NCBI RefSeq assembly: GCF_009914755.1
Contig: NC_060937.1
DNA from: the human T2T-CHM13v2.0 reference genome, Homo sapiens
DNA length: 64,000 nucleotides
Direction: 5' to 3' (one strand)
Part shown: positions 28,660 through 42,350 of the stretch, one piece after another
How positions within the stretch are numbered: position 1 is the stretch's first letter
Layout: every line of letters begins with the position of its first letter
The notes under the pieces: model-generated
Seen by the model: only the letters and a program-made list of their open reading frames with translations
Told to the model about the DNA's origin: nothing
Database searches by the model: none
Translations under genes and position numbers: made by a program

Positions 28660-30382
28660 GTTTTTAAATTGACAAATAGTTGCATGTATTTATGGAGTAA
28701 CATCATTATGTTATGGTATATGAATGCATTGTGGAATGATTAAGTCGGGAATGAACATATCCGTTACCTCACATACTTCTTATTTCTTTGTGGTAAGAAC
28801 ATTTAAAATCTAATCTTTTAGCAATTTTGAAATATACTTTAAATTATTGTTAACTGTAGTCACCTGCTGTACAATAGATCACTAAAATTTATTCCTCCCG
28901 TCCGACTGAAATTTTGTACCCTTTGACTAACATCTCCCCTTTCCCTGTCTAGCTCCTGTTTCCTCCTTCCCAGCCTCCTCAGCATCTGGTAACCACCATT
29001 CTCTTGTCTGCTTCTGTGAGTTCAGCTTTTTTACACTTTACATATAGGTGAGATCGTGCAGTATTTGTCTTTTTGTGCCCTGCTTTCTCTTAGCACAATG
29101 TTCTCCAGGTTCATTCATTGTTGTTGCAAATAACAGGATTTCCTTTTTTTAAAAGTCTGACTAGTATTCTATTGTGTATATATCCCACATTTTCTTTATT
29201 CTCTCATCTTTCAGTGGACACTTAGATTGATTTTATATCTTGGCTGTTGTGAATAGTGCTGCCATGAAAATGGGAGTGCAGACATCTCTTCAACATACTG
29301 ATTTTAGTTTCTTTGGCTATATACCCAGTAGTGGGATTGCTGGATCATATGATAATTCTGTTTTTAGATTTTGGAGGAACCTCCATACTGTTTCCCAGAA
29401 TGGCTTCAGGAATTTACATTCCCACCAACAATGTGCAAGGCTTATCTTTTCTCCACATCCTTGCCAACACCTGTCGCCTTTCATCTTTTTGATAATAGCC
29501 ATTCTACAGTTGTGAGATGCTCTCATGATTTGAATGTGCATTTCTCTGATCATTAGTGATGTTGAACATTTTCTAATCTGTTGGCCATTTGTATGTCTTT
29601 GGAGAAATGTCTGTTTGGGTCCTTTGCTCATCATTTTTTAATCAGGTTTTTTTTTGTTACTGAGTTTTTAAATATATTTTGGATATTAGCTTCTTATCAG
29701 ATGTATGGTTTGCAAATACTTTCTTTCCGTTCTGTGAGTTGTCTCTTAATTCTGTTTTGCTGTGCATAATCTTTTCAGTTTGATGAAATCCCATTTATCT
29801 TATTTTTGCCTCTGTTTTCGGTGCTTTTGGGGTCATATCCAAGAACTCATTGTCCAGACCAATGTCTTGGAGCTTTCCATGGTGCTTATTTCTGGTAGTT
29901 TCATAGTCTCAGGTCTTACATTTAAGTCTTTAGTCCATTTTGAGTTCATTTTTGTATGTGTTGTGAGACAAGGTTCCAATTTAATTTTTCTGCATGTGGA
30001 TATCCAATTTTCCCAGCACCATATGTTGAAGACTGTCCTTTTCCCATTGGGTGTTCTTGGCACCTTTGTCAAAGGTCTATTGACTGTATCATGTGAGTTT
30101 AATTCTCAGCTCTCTATTCTGCTCTGTTGGTCTGTGTGTCTGCTTTTATGCTAGTGCCATGCTGTTTTGGCTGCTATAGCTTGGTAATACACTTTGAAAT
30201 CAGGTAGTGTGATGCCTCCAGCTTTGTTCTTTTTACTCAAGAATGCTTTAGTTATTGGGGTTTTTTTTTTTTTGTGATTCCATGTGAATTTCAGGATTGT
30301 TTTTCTATATCTGTGAAGAATACCATTGTAAATTTGGTAGACATTGCATTGAATCTGTGGATCACCTTGGATGTTTTAACAG
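28660..30382 (-). mobile_element. L1MA-type 3' end and ORF2 fragment
   Basis: ttaaaatctaatcttttagcaattttgaaatata; tacaatagatcactaaaatttattcctcc; ORF2-like peptides [10 protein letters not shown] and [10 protein letters not shown] on the minus strand. Confidence 0.9.
28953..29015 (+). CDS. ARHGEF7: ARHGEF7 alternative 63-nt cassette exon (LLFPPSQPPQHLVTTILLSAS) exonised from antisense L1
   Basis: ctcccctttccctgtctag|CTC...TCT|gtgagt; phase 0/0, stop-free; the peptide matches my recall of the insert in the long ARHGEF7 isoform between ...LRLE and TFDAND... Confidence 0.85.
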
Positions 30383-30384
30383 TA

Positions 30385-31075
30385 CAGGTTAAGCATGCTG
30401 ACTGATACGGTTTGCCTGTGTCCACACCCAGATCTCATCTTGAATTGTAATCTGCATAATCCCCACGTCTAGGGAGAGACCTAGGGAGAGACCCAGGAGA
30501 TTATGGGGATTACAATTCAAGATGAGATTTGGAGTTAGAGATCAGCCTGGGCTACGTGGCAAAACCTCATTTCTACAAAGAAAAAAAAAATCTATTGGAC
30601 AGTGCTGGATCCAGTAGAATCCTAGGAGATGGGATCATGGGGGTGATTTCCCCCATGCTGTTCTTGTGATAACGAGGGAGTTCTCAGGAGATCTGATGGT
30701 TTTATAAGGGGCTCCTCCCCCTTTGCTCCTCACCCTTCTGTCTCCTGCTGCCCTGTGAAGAGGTGCTTTTCGCCATGATTGTAAGTTTCCTGTGGCCTCA
30801 CCAGCCATGTGGAACTGTGAGTCATTTAAACCTCTTTTCTTTATAAATTACCCAGTCTTGGGTATGTCTTTGTAACAGTGTGAACGTGGACTAATGTACA
30901 TGCCAAACCTGAAAATCCAAAATGCTCCAAAATCTGAAATTCTTTGAGTACCAATGTGACACTCAAAGGAAATGCTCATTGGAGTGTTTTGGATTTTCAG
31001 GATTTGAGATGCTCAACTGATAACTATAATGAAAATATCCCTAAATCTGAAATACAAAACACTTCTGATGTCAAC
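30385..31075 (+). mobile_element. Tigger4/MER46-like MITE interrupted by a THE1 LTR
   Basis: caggttaagcat | ctgaaaatccaaaatgctccaaaatctgaaa...ctcaaaggaaatgctcattggag. Confidence 0.7.
30403..30900 (+). mobile_element. THE1 (MaLR) solo LTR with an internal complex insertion
   Basis: tgatacggtttg...aaacctcttttctttataaattacccagtc...ggactaat. Confidence 0.85.
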
Positions 31076-33373
31076 TTGTGTCACTTCTGAGAATGTGTAC
31101 ATGATGCTGAGTAGCACAGAGCATGCTTGTGGCATGGGTGCTAAATGGTTAGCTTGGCACACTCACAGCTAGTAATTGTGACTTTGATCTTCAGCTGATT
31201 TCTCCTTTTTTGATTCAGGGTTATTGCTCACTCCTGGTAGCTGCCCATGATTATCAGGTATTTGCTTTGCGGGGGACGGTATAGGGGGAGGGAATGTAGT
31301 GCCTGACCCCAACCCCTTTCCTGGGTTGCTGTCCTGTGTTGCCACTCGCCAGCTGTGCCATCAGGAAAATGGGTGTCACACGTGCTTGCCCTTTGTGTCT
31401 GTCATGAGGATTACATAAATTCATGCAAAACTCTTAGAACAGTGCCTGGTAAGTTGGAGGTGCCAAAGAGACAATAGCTGTTATTATCATTTGCATTATT
31501 ATTCTTTCGTGTAGTTGGAGCCATATGGTATATTTTAAATCTTTACCCAGGGTTCCATATTCATTTTTTAAACTGCAGTAAATAGAGCTATGTAAGAAGA
31601 AAATGAAAAGCTGTATAATGCTACCGTTTAGAGATACCAGTGTTAAAATTAGTATTTCTTTTTTGGTAATTTTTTTTTTAACCATTGCAAATATGTAAAT
31701 ATATTTTTAAAATATCCATGACATCATAGATACATGTAATGTTTTATAACATGCTTTAATTTGATCCAGTGTGAGTCTTTTCCCGTGTTAAATAATTATT
31801 TTACTACTGATTTTAATGGCTGCCTCTTAGTTCCTGGTAATAATCCCCATTTTTGGATACAGAGGTGGATTCTAAGTTTCCACGGTTGTGAACAGTGGAC
31901 TGTGCAATGGACATTTCTGTACCACACCCTTAATCCTTGATTTTCTTTGTAGGACAAATTCCCTGATAGGGCACTGCAAGGCCAAAGGTGGGGGCTTTCA
32001 AAGGCTTTGAACACCTGCTACCATACAGCTTCCAGAGAACTTTTGCCAGTAGCAGTACATGAGAGTACTCCTTCCTGTCCTATGGATGTCCTGTGGACAG
32101 CTGTCTTGAATCTTTTATATATTTTCTTTCCCTTAGGAAGATGGAAAACTTGTTATGGATAAACATTTTGGCTTTTCTATCTTATATCTTCCACAGTGCT
32201 TTATATTTCTGGGGAGATTGCAAACTAAAATAAATATAAGTCAGTCAACATTTCCTGCATTGGACTTTTGAAAGAGGATGTGAAAGAAAAGCTGCTAGAA
32301 TTGGAAATAAAAGTTGAAAACCCTAGAAATTTGCAGTGTTATCAGCTGTTGCACAAGTAACCTTGCATGGCACTGGGTGGGACATTCTTGGGCCACTCTG
32401 TACAAGCTGGAGTTCTGGCTGTAAATGCATCTTGAGACGGTCTGCAAAGGTGAGAGGGCAGGTTTTCATTTTCTCACTTTACAGTCGAGAGACTTCAGAA
32501 GGAGTTCAGGTGGGCAGTCCAGCATCGTAAGGAGCTGGGATAATTTAGTGAGTGAGAGGTTTTGGAAAAGAAATTGCCTTACCTGTTTCTAAAACACTCA
32601 TCTTCCCTGTGTATTTCTGAAGGACAAGTTCTTTTATTATACTGCTCTGCCTAATGCTCAGTTCTCTTTTAGATTTTTTTTAGCCAAGATTGTGATTAGG
32701 ATTTCACCCACAAGAATAGTTAAAAATATTAACACTTTTGAAAGAATTAAAATGTGGGAACCACTTACTGAAACTCAAAACTTGTTGATGCAGGCTTAAT
32801 AATTAATTGCAATAAAAACAGAAGTAAATCTATAGTCTGGGATGGGACGCCCAGCCAAGTGTTGTCTTTGTTCTAGATTCAGACAGATGAGGAGGTAAAC
32901 TGTTTATTGAAACTTGGCATTGAAGGTTTATAAGCACCAAAGATATGTTTGAGGCATTCTTTTTAGCTGGGCACCCTTCTATACTGTTGATACCAAGCGT
33001 GAAACGGTTGGTCACAACATAGTGTTTATTGACTGATTCATTGAATAAGCTGTTGAAGCTTATTCCTGTGTAGGACTTTAGTTAAGGAAGTTAAGTAAAA
33101 ATATTGTTTGGGAGAAGAAATGAGTAACTATTCCCTGAACATTTTGTAGGTAGTTTAAAGAAAGACAGTTTCCATTCAGATACTGTAATTGTGTTTTAAT
33201 TTCACCTGGCAAGAAGTGTCAAGAGATGGCCCTCTGTCTTGTACCTTAGTGCCTTGCTGTACTGTCTTGCTGGGTGAACATGAAGTGTTCTGGTTATCCA
33301 GGCTGCTTTTCTAGTGTAGACAGCTAGACTTCCCCCTTCGTTTCAGATCTTTGGAATGTCTTCTTTGTCTAGA

Positions 33374-33975
33374 TCAGCACTGTGCAGTAGGAATATACTG
33401 GGAGCCACAGATGCGATTTTAAGTTTTTTAGTAACTACTTTAAAAAAGTGAAGCAAAGTTAATTTTAGTTTTCATTTTTAAATATTTATTTATTTATTTA
33501 TTTATTTTTGAGACAGAGTCTCACTCTATTACCCAGGCTGGAGTACAGTGGCGTGATCATGGTTCACTGCAGCCCCCACCCCACCAAGTACCTTAGACTA
33601 CAGGCATGCACCACTATGCCTGGCTAATTTTTGTATTTTTTTGTAGAGATGAGGTTTTGCCATGTTGCCCAGGCTGATCTCTAACTCCTGGGCTCAAGCA
33701 GTCTTCCCACCTCAACCTCCCAGAGTGCTGGGATTATAGGCATGAGCCGCTGTACCTGGCCTAAAGTTAATTTTAATAATGCATTCTATTTAACCCAGTG
33801 TATCCATAAAATTATTTCAACATGTAATTGATACATATTAATGAGGTATTTTAGTTTCTTCACATTAAGTCTATAAAATCGTGTTGGAATTTGTTATGGC
33901 CACAGCACATCTCGGTTTGTATTAGCCACATTTCAGTTGCTCAGCAGCCCATCTGTGAGTGGCCCCCGTATTGCG
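33374..33975. mobile_element. MER33/MER3-type hAT element split by an Alu
   Basis: cagcactgtgcagtaggaa; ttagccacatttcagttgctcagcagcc. Confidence 0.6.
33467..33762 (-). mobile_element. AluJ
   Basis: Diverged antisense Alu; TSD AAAGTTAATTTT at ~33455 and 33763. Confidence 0.85.
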
Positions 33976-34049
33976 TGTTGCGTTTGGATTATTTAAGAGG
34001 CTGGGGAAATACGGTGATCTTTGAAATGAAATGGGACCCAGGTTTGTTG

Positions 34050-34250
34050 AGAACAAATTGTGTGTCTAGGCATTTTCCTTGTACTGTTTTGTTGAAACCT
34101 CACGATGCCCTGCAGAGAAGATGGCAGTTCCCCACTTAGCAGATCAGGAGGCTGAGACTTGAAGTGGTTCAGAAGTCACAGGTCCCGGCTCAGCCAGTGA
34201 AGAGATGCGGAATTTGAACTGAGATGCATCCACTCCACTGGCTGGGTTCT
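34050..34250 (-). mobile_element. MIR
   Basis: cagatcaggaggctgagac core-like motif. Confidence 0.55.
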
Positions 34251-34374
34251 TCATACAAGCATGCTGCTGCCTAGTGTGGCATTAGGTGAGGTGTTTGACA
34301 ACATCAAGGCAATACTCTTAGGCTGACTCCTGGCAAGGCCCATGGGCAAGTTCTCAGGAGAACTTACCTGGTGA

Positions 34375-34532
34375 CAGGGCCTGCCTCGTGGGTGTGCGAC
34401 TAGTGTTGCCACACAGGGCCCTGTGCTTGGTTTCATGCTCTGCTGTTGCCATCAGAAACTCTTAAGAATTTTTTGATAAGGAGCTTTGCATTTCCAATTC
34501 GTGCTGGACCCTGCAATTGAGTACTTGGTCTA
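34375..34532 (+). mobile_element. MER45A-like hAT MITE
   Basis: cagggcctgcctcgtgggtgtgcgac...gcttggtttcatgctctgctgttgccatc. Confidence 0.7.
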
Positions 34533-35999
34533 GCCTGCTGGTATTGTTCTTAGAGGTCTGTGATCAATAACAGGATTAAACAGCATTTTCTGAGTGCCTA
34601 TTATGGCCTAGGCCCCATTATGAAGTGTGTGTTAACCCGGTTTGAAAGTAGCTGTCTCAAGTTGTTACCACCATTTTCCTCACACGATTGCATCCGTGAC
34701 CCCAGGCAAGCGGAATCGGGATAAGAATAACCCTCAACAATCCCTGCTACTAAAGAATTGCTTAAAGTACTTCCTCCTGATAGGAAGTTAAGATAATTTG
34801 TTGTCTCTCATGCATTAAAAATTGCCACAGCTTCCAAGGCAGCCACCATTTTACCTGTCAGTGATAAGGACCCGTGATAATATTGGCTATGGGTTTTGTT
34901 TTTCTAAAGGATCCTTTTGGGAAAGCCATCCTCTCCAGTGTTGGGATGATAAAAGGATGGGAAGTCGGAGTCAGCTTGAACTTACCAATCAGAGAACATG
35001 TAGGGGTTGAGTGGAGGGGAAGATCCTCTCCAAGGAATTGGAGAGAACTTTCTACTCACATTACGTCTAACTAGCCAGAGGATGGGCACTGGGACTGTAT
35101 ACTTGTAAGGTTCCTTCAAAGCCTGAATTGTGTGAGTCAGTGATGCAGCTACTTTCTAGATGAGCTACCAGTTTAATAATAGGACTTAGCCCCAGATTCC
35201 TCTCCCTTTTTGGCCCTTGACATGGGACACAGATCCCTTAGTAGGTGTTCATGCCTGGCCCATGTGGGCAGCCGGGTAAGTCTTTCCAGTGCAGCTGGTC
35301 AGTTGGTCTCACCCAAGAGTTGCATCACTTGTATCTCCGCTGGTTGTTCAGCAAGTACTGGCAGCACTTAACACGTGCAGTAAAGCAGTGAGGCTGTTTT
35401 GCCACCGTGACAATGCAGTTGAGTTTTGCCTAACGTGAAAATACTAAGTTTCTGTGTATTCTCTGCTACCCACAACCAGAAGGCTTGGAGGAACAAGCGT
35501 TCTGGTTTGTTTATCTGCATCCCTTCCCCTTGATAAAGCAACTGTGAATTTGGTCTTCATTAGCTGTAGTCTGTTGAACCGACTCAGTATAGCCAGGGTA
35601 GAGGCAGAAGGAAGTGTCCTGCACAGCGGTACAGCTGAGGGCTTCGTGCTCCTGAGTTCGTGGCACAAGAGAGGGATTCAGTGGTCAGCTCTGCATAGTC
35701 TCTCATTTTCTAGCAAATAGAAACCAGAGTGGATGGCCTCATATGTGTAAGTTCTCATGAGACTCAAATGGAAATTAGTTGTCCCTGAGGTTCTTCATGC
35801 TTGGCTGATTGAACTAGATGGTTTGAGAGGGATATTTTGTAGATTAAAGGGTGAGATTAGGGCTGGGGAGAACAATGGTGGTAGAGTGGCCTTAAAGACC
35901 AGCCTCCAGGAAAGCCTCTGGCAGTTGGAGTCCCCACTCCCTGCCATTAATCATCTGTCACATCTGGTTCATCTTCCTTTTACTAACCCCAGAATCTTG

Positions 36000-36950
36000 G
36001 CTTTTCTCTTTGCCCACCACCATTAGCCCAGGCTGTCCACATCCCTCACCTGGATCACTGCAGCAGCTCCTGGCCAGTCTATCCTTGCTTTTCTCCAGAC
36101 TGTTTTTTTCTGAAACGCAAGGCTGATTTTGGTCATTTTCCTCCTGACTCTGATTTTACCTAATGTCTTAGAATGAAACCCATGACCCTTGGAAGAGATG
36201 GGGAATAATAGGAAGTGAGGCCAGGGAGTCGTGGGGAGCGAGATCAGGTGGTCCTGTAGGTCCTGTCTTTTCCTCCAAGTGATATGGAGCCTCTGAGGGT
36301 GTTTGGGCAGAGGGGAGAAGGGATGTGATGTAAGTTTTAACAGGATCATTTTGGCTGTGTTTTGAGTATAGACTGAAAGACTCAAGGGCAAAAGCACGGA
36401 AACCAAAGAGGGCAGGATGGCACCAATCCGGGTGACCTCCCAGGTGATGGTGGCTGGAACCACAGTCCCGTCAGCATAGGTAGCAGGAGAGACTGAATTC
36501 TAGTTTTTATCAAGAGGGTAGAGATGAGATGATTTACAGATGGACTAGATGGGGTATGCAGGAGAGGAGTCAAGGAGGACCAAGGGTTTGGCCTGAGCAG
36601 TTAGAAGAAGTTGTCTTTGGGATGGGGAAGTCTGGCAGGGCCAGATGTGGGCACTCAGCTTCAGACATGCTCCATCAGGATATCTGTGAGATGCCTCAGT
36701 GAAGATCAGGTCTGGACTTCAGGGATGCGGCCTGGGCTGGGATATCAGCTTCAGACTTCGGCACAAGCAGGTTCTGATTGTGTAGAGTGATGTTCCTGTT
36801 AGTCTGTATCATGTGGAAGAGTGTCTTAAACACATATTGTGGGCAGGTGCTGTGGGGAGGAGGACATCCATGCCTCAAAGAGAATGAAGGAATACCTGGT
36901 GAAGGGCTGGGGGAGGAAGTGAGGAGATGTTAGTCCCAGAACATTTTAGG
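36000..36950. mobile_element. LINE-2 fragments in both orientations
   Basis: ctcacctggatcactgcagcagctcct (+); ttttaacaggatcattttggctgtg and ggagtcaaggaggac (-). Confidence 0.6.
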
Positions 36951-39162
36951 CCCGCTAGACGTGCGTACTGACGTTGCTCATTTCCTGGCCAAGCTGTAAC
37001 CACCTGAGTAAACGGTTGGTTTGTTCTTGGGTCAGGTGTATCCACAGCAGTCATTCAGTGCGAGGGTACTTAGGTCCTCTTTATCGTCAGAAAATCACAG
37101 AGAAGCACCATGCAAAAATAGGTTTGTGGTCATATAGCGTGAAAGTTGGCAAAGATATGATCTCTGGGCTATTTGTACGTGAGCTTAGAAGAAACTGAGG
37201 ACTCGTCATCAAGTTGTATTTTATATTTCTTTTATCCAATAAGACTAGTACATAGCTTAAAAGATAAACAATACTTAGAGCCTCAAAAGGAAACACAGTC
37301 CTCCCGCACTCTCCTTATCCCAGAAACACACTCTCAGCTGGTGTTTCTTCTTGGTCTTTACTTCCTCCTTTCCATATTGTATCCTGGCACTGTTGTTTCT
37401 TATCAGTTTTAGTTAATAACTGTCTAAGATGAGGGTGTAGCTCTTTGTATCACTCCTATCCCCCAGTTCAGGAGAATCATTCTTTGCCCTGCATGTGTGA
37501 CATGATATCCCTTGGTGCAATGTTAGTTGTTTTAGCCAATGTTTTTTCTTAGTTATAAATGACATGTGTGCATTCTGAGCAAACAGAGTGTTACAGGCAC
37601 ACGTAAAGGGAAATGTCCACTCTTCTCTCTCCCTCCTAAATACCCTAACCCTGCTTCCTGCAGGAGCCACTGTTGAATGCTGAGGCACACACGGACTCTT
37701 TTTCAGGAACTGAGGCCATGCTAGGAATGCTCTTGTGCAGTTTGCCTATTTCCACTGAGAATGTAGTGCCTTTCCTGGGGGCACCACTGTGGTGGGCAGC
37801 ACACCAGAGCGTGACAGCGACATAAGGCGCTTTCCGGAGGACAGAACACCAGAGCCACCCCTTCCTCACAGGACACTTGAACAGTAAAACTGAACCTTCT
37901 TGCTGTGACAGTGTGGAGTTATGGCAGGAGAGCAGGGTGACTGTCCAGCCTCGATAATGTTCCCTCCTTGGGCAGAGTGAGGTCCTTCTGCTCAGTTTGC
38001 CTCTTGAGGAGTTGGGTACCAGGAGCCTGAGGAGAGGGTCCTGGCTTACCTAGGTTTTTCCTCTCTCGTCCAGGTCATAGGGAGACTGTCAGGGCTGAGA
38101 TGGCCAGGGTAGCTGGTGGAAGGTGCTAGCCCTCCCCTGTGCCTGCTTCTCTGCCTCTGCCGCTCTCCCGCTTGGTCTCATCTACTCTGTCTCTGCGGTG
38201 TGCGACAGCTGTGTGAGGCCCCACTGTGCGACAGCTGTGTGAGGCAGGGGTGTGGGTCCCCTCCAGGCCTGCCCAGCCACCTAGCAGCTGTTGCCATTCC
38301 AGGCTCAGAGTCCCCGCCTCCTGCAGATTTCTTCAAGCTTCATGCTGCCTTGAGGATAAACACGAGTGGAGAGTTGACACTTTTCCTTCCATGTCTTTAT
38401 GTTCTCAGAATGTTCCAAGAACTTGGAATATTAACAGGGAAATACCAGGGTTTCTGCATAGAGGTGGATAAAATAGGCAAGAATTGTTCAGGTTCAGTCT
38501 TGAAAGGTAATGATTGAAAAGGGATATCCTTATAGATTATACAGTTTTGAAGGCTATGAAAGGGTTTCAGTAAATTGTCCATTCCCACCCCCAGAAAAAA
38601 ATCACAGAATCACAAAACTTGGGTTTAGTTTTTTGAAGCTTGAGAGATGATTTTTGAAACTAAACAAAGGAAATATTAAAGATGTAAAAATGGCATAGTT
38701 TTGTGGTTTTGATATGTTGACTCCAAGAAAGTGATGCTGTGTTGAGAGAATAGGTTCCTTGATGACTGATCGCCAGTGAAGTGTTTATGGAAGCCAGGAG
38801 TGTTGGATGACATGAGGAGGGTAGGTGACATTGCTTCTATAATATGTTCTTTGATGCCTGTGCCAGAGACGATGCAGACAGCAACTCAGTATTCACAATT
38901 TGAAGCAGACCTTATCATTTCTCTTTTAATCAGTAGTTCTGAACTTTTTGGTGTTCAGTAATTCGGGAAGTTGGCTTAGGTAACAAATAATGACAATAGT
39001 AGCGGTTAAGTTTGGGGATGCTTACTGTGGGGTTGTGCCAGGCAGAGGCAAATCCGTTTAACATGTACTAGTTTACTTAATCCTTAAAAAAGTCACTTGG
39101 CATTGTTGGGAAGAGAAGAAAGTCGTGTGTTAGGAGAGAATTGCAGAGGTCGTTAATGCCAC

Positions 39163-39530
39163 TGTATTAGTCTGTTCTCACATGGCTATAAATACCTGAG
39201 ACTGGGTAATTTATAAAGAAAAGAGGTTTAATGGGCTCATGGTTCCACAGGGTGTACAGGAAGCATGATGTTGTCATCTGCCCTGTTTCTGGAGAGGCCT
39301 CAGGAAACTTACAATCGTGGTGGAAGGCAAAGGGGAAGCAGGCTCGTCTTAACTGGCCGGAGCAGGAGCAAGGGAGTGGGGAGGTGCCACACACCTTGAA
39401 ACAACCATATCTCACCAGCACACACTCATCATCACGAGAACAGCACCAAGGGGAAATCTGCCCCTCACGATCCAGTCACCTCCCACCAGGCCCCACCTCC
39501 AACATTGGGGATTATACTTCGACATGAGAA
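39163..39530 (-). mobile_element. MST (MaLR) solo LTR
   Basis: tgtattagtctgttctcac...gaggcctcaggaaacttacaatc...cccacctccaacattgggg. Confidence 0.88.
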
Positions 39531-39898
39531 CCAAGCCACATCAGCCAGAGGCTTCTTCCTGGTCCTTGCGTTGGTAACCAGGACCTTGCTTGTGAGACAT
39601 TATTGGAAGATTTTTTGGTGGAATTATATTTTTAACTTTGGAGTCATTCTTACTGTAAAATATATTTATGCTGTTACAGTAATGAACATTTAATGATCAC
39701 CTCTGTTTGCTAGACACCGTTCTAGTTGCTGGAGGTGGCTTGGTGAGTAAGGGAGGAGGGGCCCTGCTCTTAGGGAGTGTAATTCTAGTTGGGGAGACAC
39801 TTAAGCAAAGGAATGAGCGTGTGAACAAATAAAACTGTCATGCGCAACAACTGCAGAATATCAGGGGGTGAGGTGAGAGAGCACCTGAGTGCTGACTT

Positions 39899-39992
39899 AG
39901 ATTGGGTGATCAGAGCAGGCCCCTCTGCAGAGGTGACGCTTTTAGAGATTGGGTGATCAGAGAAGGCCCCTCTGCAGAGGTGACGCTTTTAG
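39899..39992. repeat. ~47-bp tandem duplication inside an L2 remnant
   Basis: agattgggtgatcagag(c/a)aggcccctctgcagaggtgacgcttttag x2. Confidence 0.9.
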
Positions 39993-40026
39993 GATTTGCT
40001 CTCACAGCCAACGTGATACAAGCTAG

Positions 40027-40329
<303 letters not shown>

Positions 40330-41656
40330 TAGTCAATCTTCTGAGGAAGACCAAACGTGGACGTCAGAATTGCTCTTCTGTTGACCATTTTCTTCCTTCT
40401 TACTGGAATTTCTTCTTATTTTATCTCTTATGTAGGGAAGCTGGGTGAGAATTGATCATGTTACTGGCGTTATCAACGGCCTTGCACAAGGCTGCTCACT
40501 CAAGCCTTCCTGCCTTTACTGAATGCAGTGCTAAGTGGCCGGGGAAAGTGCTGTGTGTTACCCTTAGGCCAGATTCACTTTCTGGAAGGTTCTAGAAGGT
40601 TCCTTGTTGGGAGATGATGGTGGCTACCCCAAGGGTCTGGCTCCGCTCTGGGAGGACTTGGGAGAACTCTGATGACGGATGGTGCCCAGGCCCCTGGAAG
40701 CAGAGCCTGCTGCTGTGTGTTTGAGGTAAAAATGGGAGACCTGCTTGTTGGGTACTTGGGACAAGAAGTTTGATTTGGGAATTTAATTTATGGCAGATAA
40801 CAGATAATCAGTCTCAGTCTTTTCTGTTGCAGATATAAAAAGCAGCAGTGGTTATCTTTAATTTTTAAAAGCATTTTATCCTTTTTCTGTTGTTTGTGTC
40901 CATAAGAAAAATGCATGCATACCAAATATCCATCATAAAATAGGGAACTAAGAATTTTGTGTGCACTGGATTTTCTTTTTTTAAAATTATTGTTTGAAAT
41001 CTGTTAAACAAGGGCTTGAACTCAAATGAAAGAACTGGCTTTTACTTTAAGCTTAAGCTCACCAATGCACTCTTAGAGTTACTTTTGTTCAGGGCTCTGT
41101 ATAACCAAATGGAATTAGCCTGAGGAAGGTACGGTTTTTTCCACAGCATTTTGTTTGTGATGAGGAGGCTAAGATAGTTTAAACTGTGTGAGCTGGCACT
41201 GTTGTAACCATAAAGATTTGAGGTATTTGGGTTTTGGTTGTAGCCAAGCCTAGCTTGGGAGCTGCGTGTGCAGGAGTACAGGTGTCTGAACAGAGTGTGG
41301 CTGCTCAGTGCTGGATGAGGCTCTTTGGTGACAGTCTTTGAAAGCAAATTAAAAAAAATAAAGTGAAAAGCATTAAAAATAATTTCACTTTGTTTATAGA
41401 GTTACACTTTAATATCGCTCCAGGTTACATGCTTGAATCTACAAGTCCTTTCCCTTCATGCTTTGATCTTTTAGTTGAGGAAGTTGGCTCATTATGTATG
41501 TGTTCAATTTGCATGAGCAATTTTTATGTGATGGAGTAAACATCAGTGTGATCTTTGAAGTTAGCTTGGTGAATGCTTTTCTAATTGGGGAAAGCTGTTA
41601 AAGTTTGATTTCAAGAGAAAAAGGAATGAGCCTCTAAAAACAAAGCTCTTCTGTGG

Positions 41657-41997
41657 CTGCCATGGTCTGAATGTTTGTGTCTCCTCCCCAAATTCCCATG
41701 TTGAAATCCTAACCCCCAAGGTGACAGTATTAGGAGGTGGGGCCTTTGGAGGTGACTAGGCTCATGAATGGGGTTAGTGCTCATATAAAAGAGGCCTCAG
41801 AGAGAGACCTCTGCCCCCGTGCCATGTGAGTTTGCAGTGAGTTCATCTGTGAAGAAACAGGCCCTCACCAAATACTGAATCAGTCCATGCCTTGATCTTG
41901 GACTTCCCAGTTCCAGAACTGTGAGAATACATTTCTGTGGCTTATGAGCCGCCCAGGTTATGATATTTTCTTACAGCAGCCTGAACGGCCCAAGGCA
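41657..41997 (+). mobile_element. MLT1A-type MaLR LTR
   Basis: gtctgaatgtttgtgtc...ttgaaatcctaaccccc...ttgatcttggacttcccag. Confidence 0.82.
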
Positions 41998-42112
41998 GTG
42001 GCAGAGAGCATCAGTACACGGTACCCTGAGAAAACACGTTCGTAATCTTGACGAGGGGCTGGTACTCTAAATACGTAAGTAGCTCTTACAAGCCAGTAAG
42101 GGAGATTGTAAC

Positions 42113-42350
42113 AAAATGAATTCAGTTCTTCAAATGGAAGCACTCACTGATCAGTGCTCTAGGGGCCTTTAGAGCATAGTCTCTTTGGAAATGTGGTCCT
42201 GGAAGTATATATTCTCTTAATATCCCTAAACGAAATAAATTCAGTTCTATAAATGGAAGCACTCACTGAATCAGTGCTCTAGGGGCTTTTAGAGCATCGT
42301 CTCTGTGGAAATGTGGTCCTGGAAGTATATATTCTCTTAATATCCCTGAA
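42113..42350. repeat. ~119-bp tandem duplication
   Basis: Two copies of aattcagttc...gtcctggaagtatatattctcttaatatccct with a few substitutions. Confidence 0.92.
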
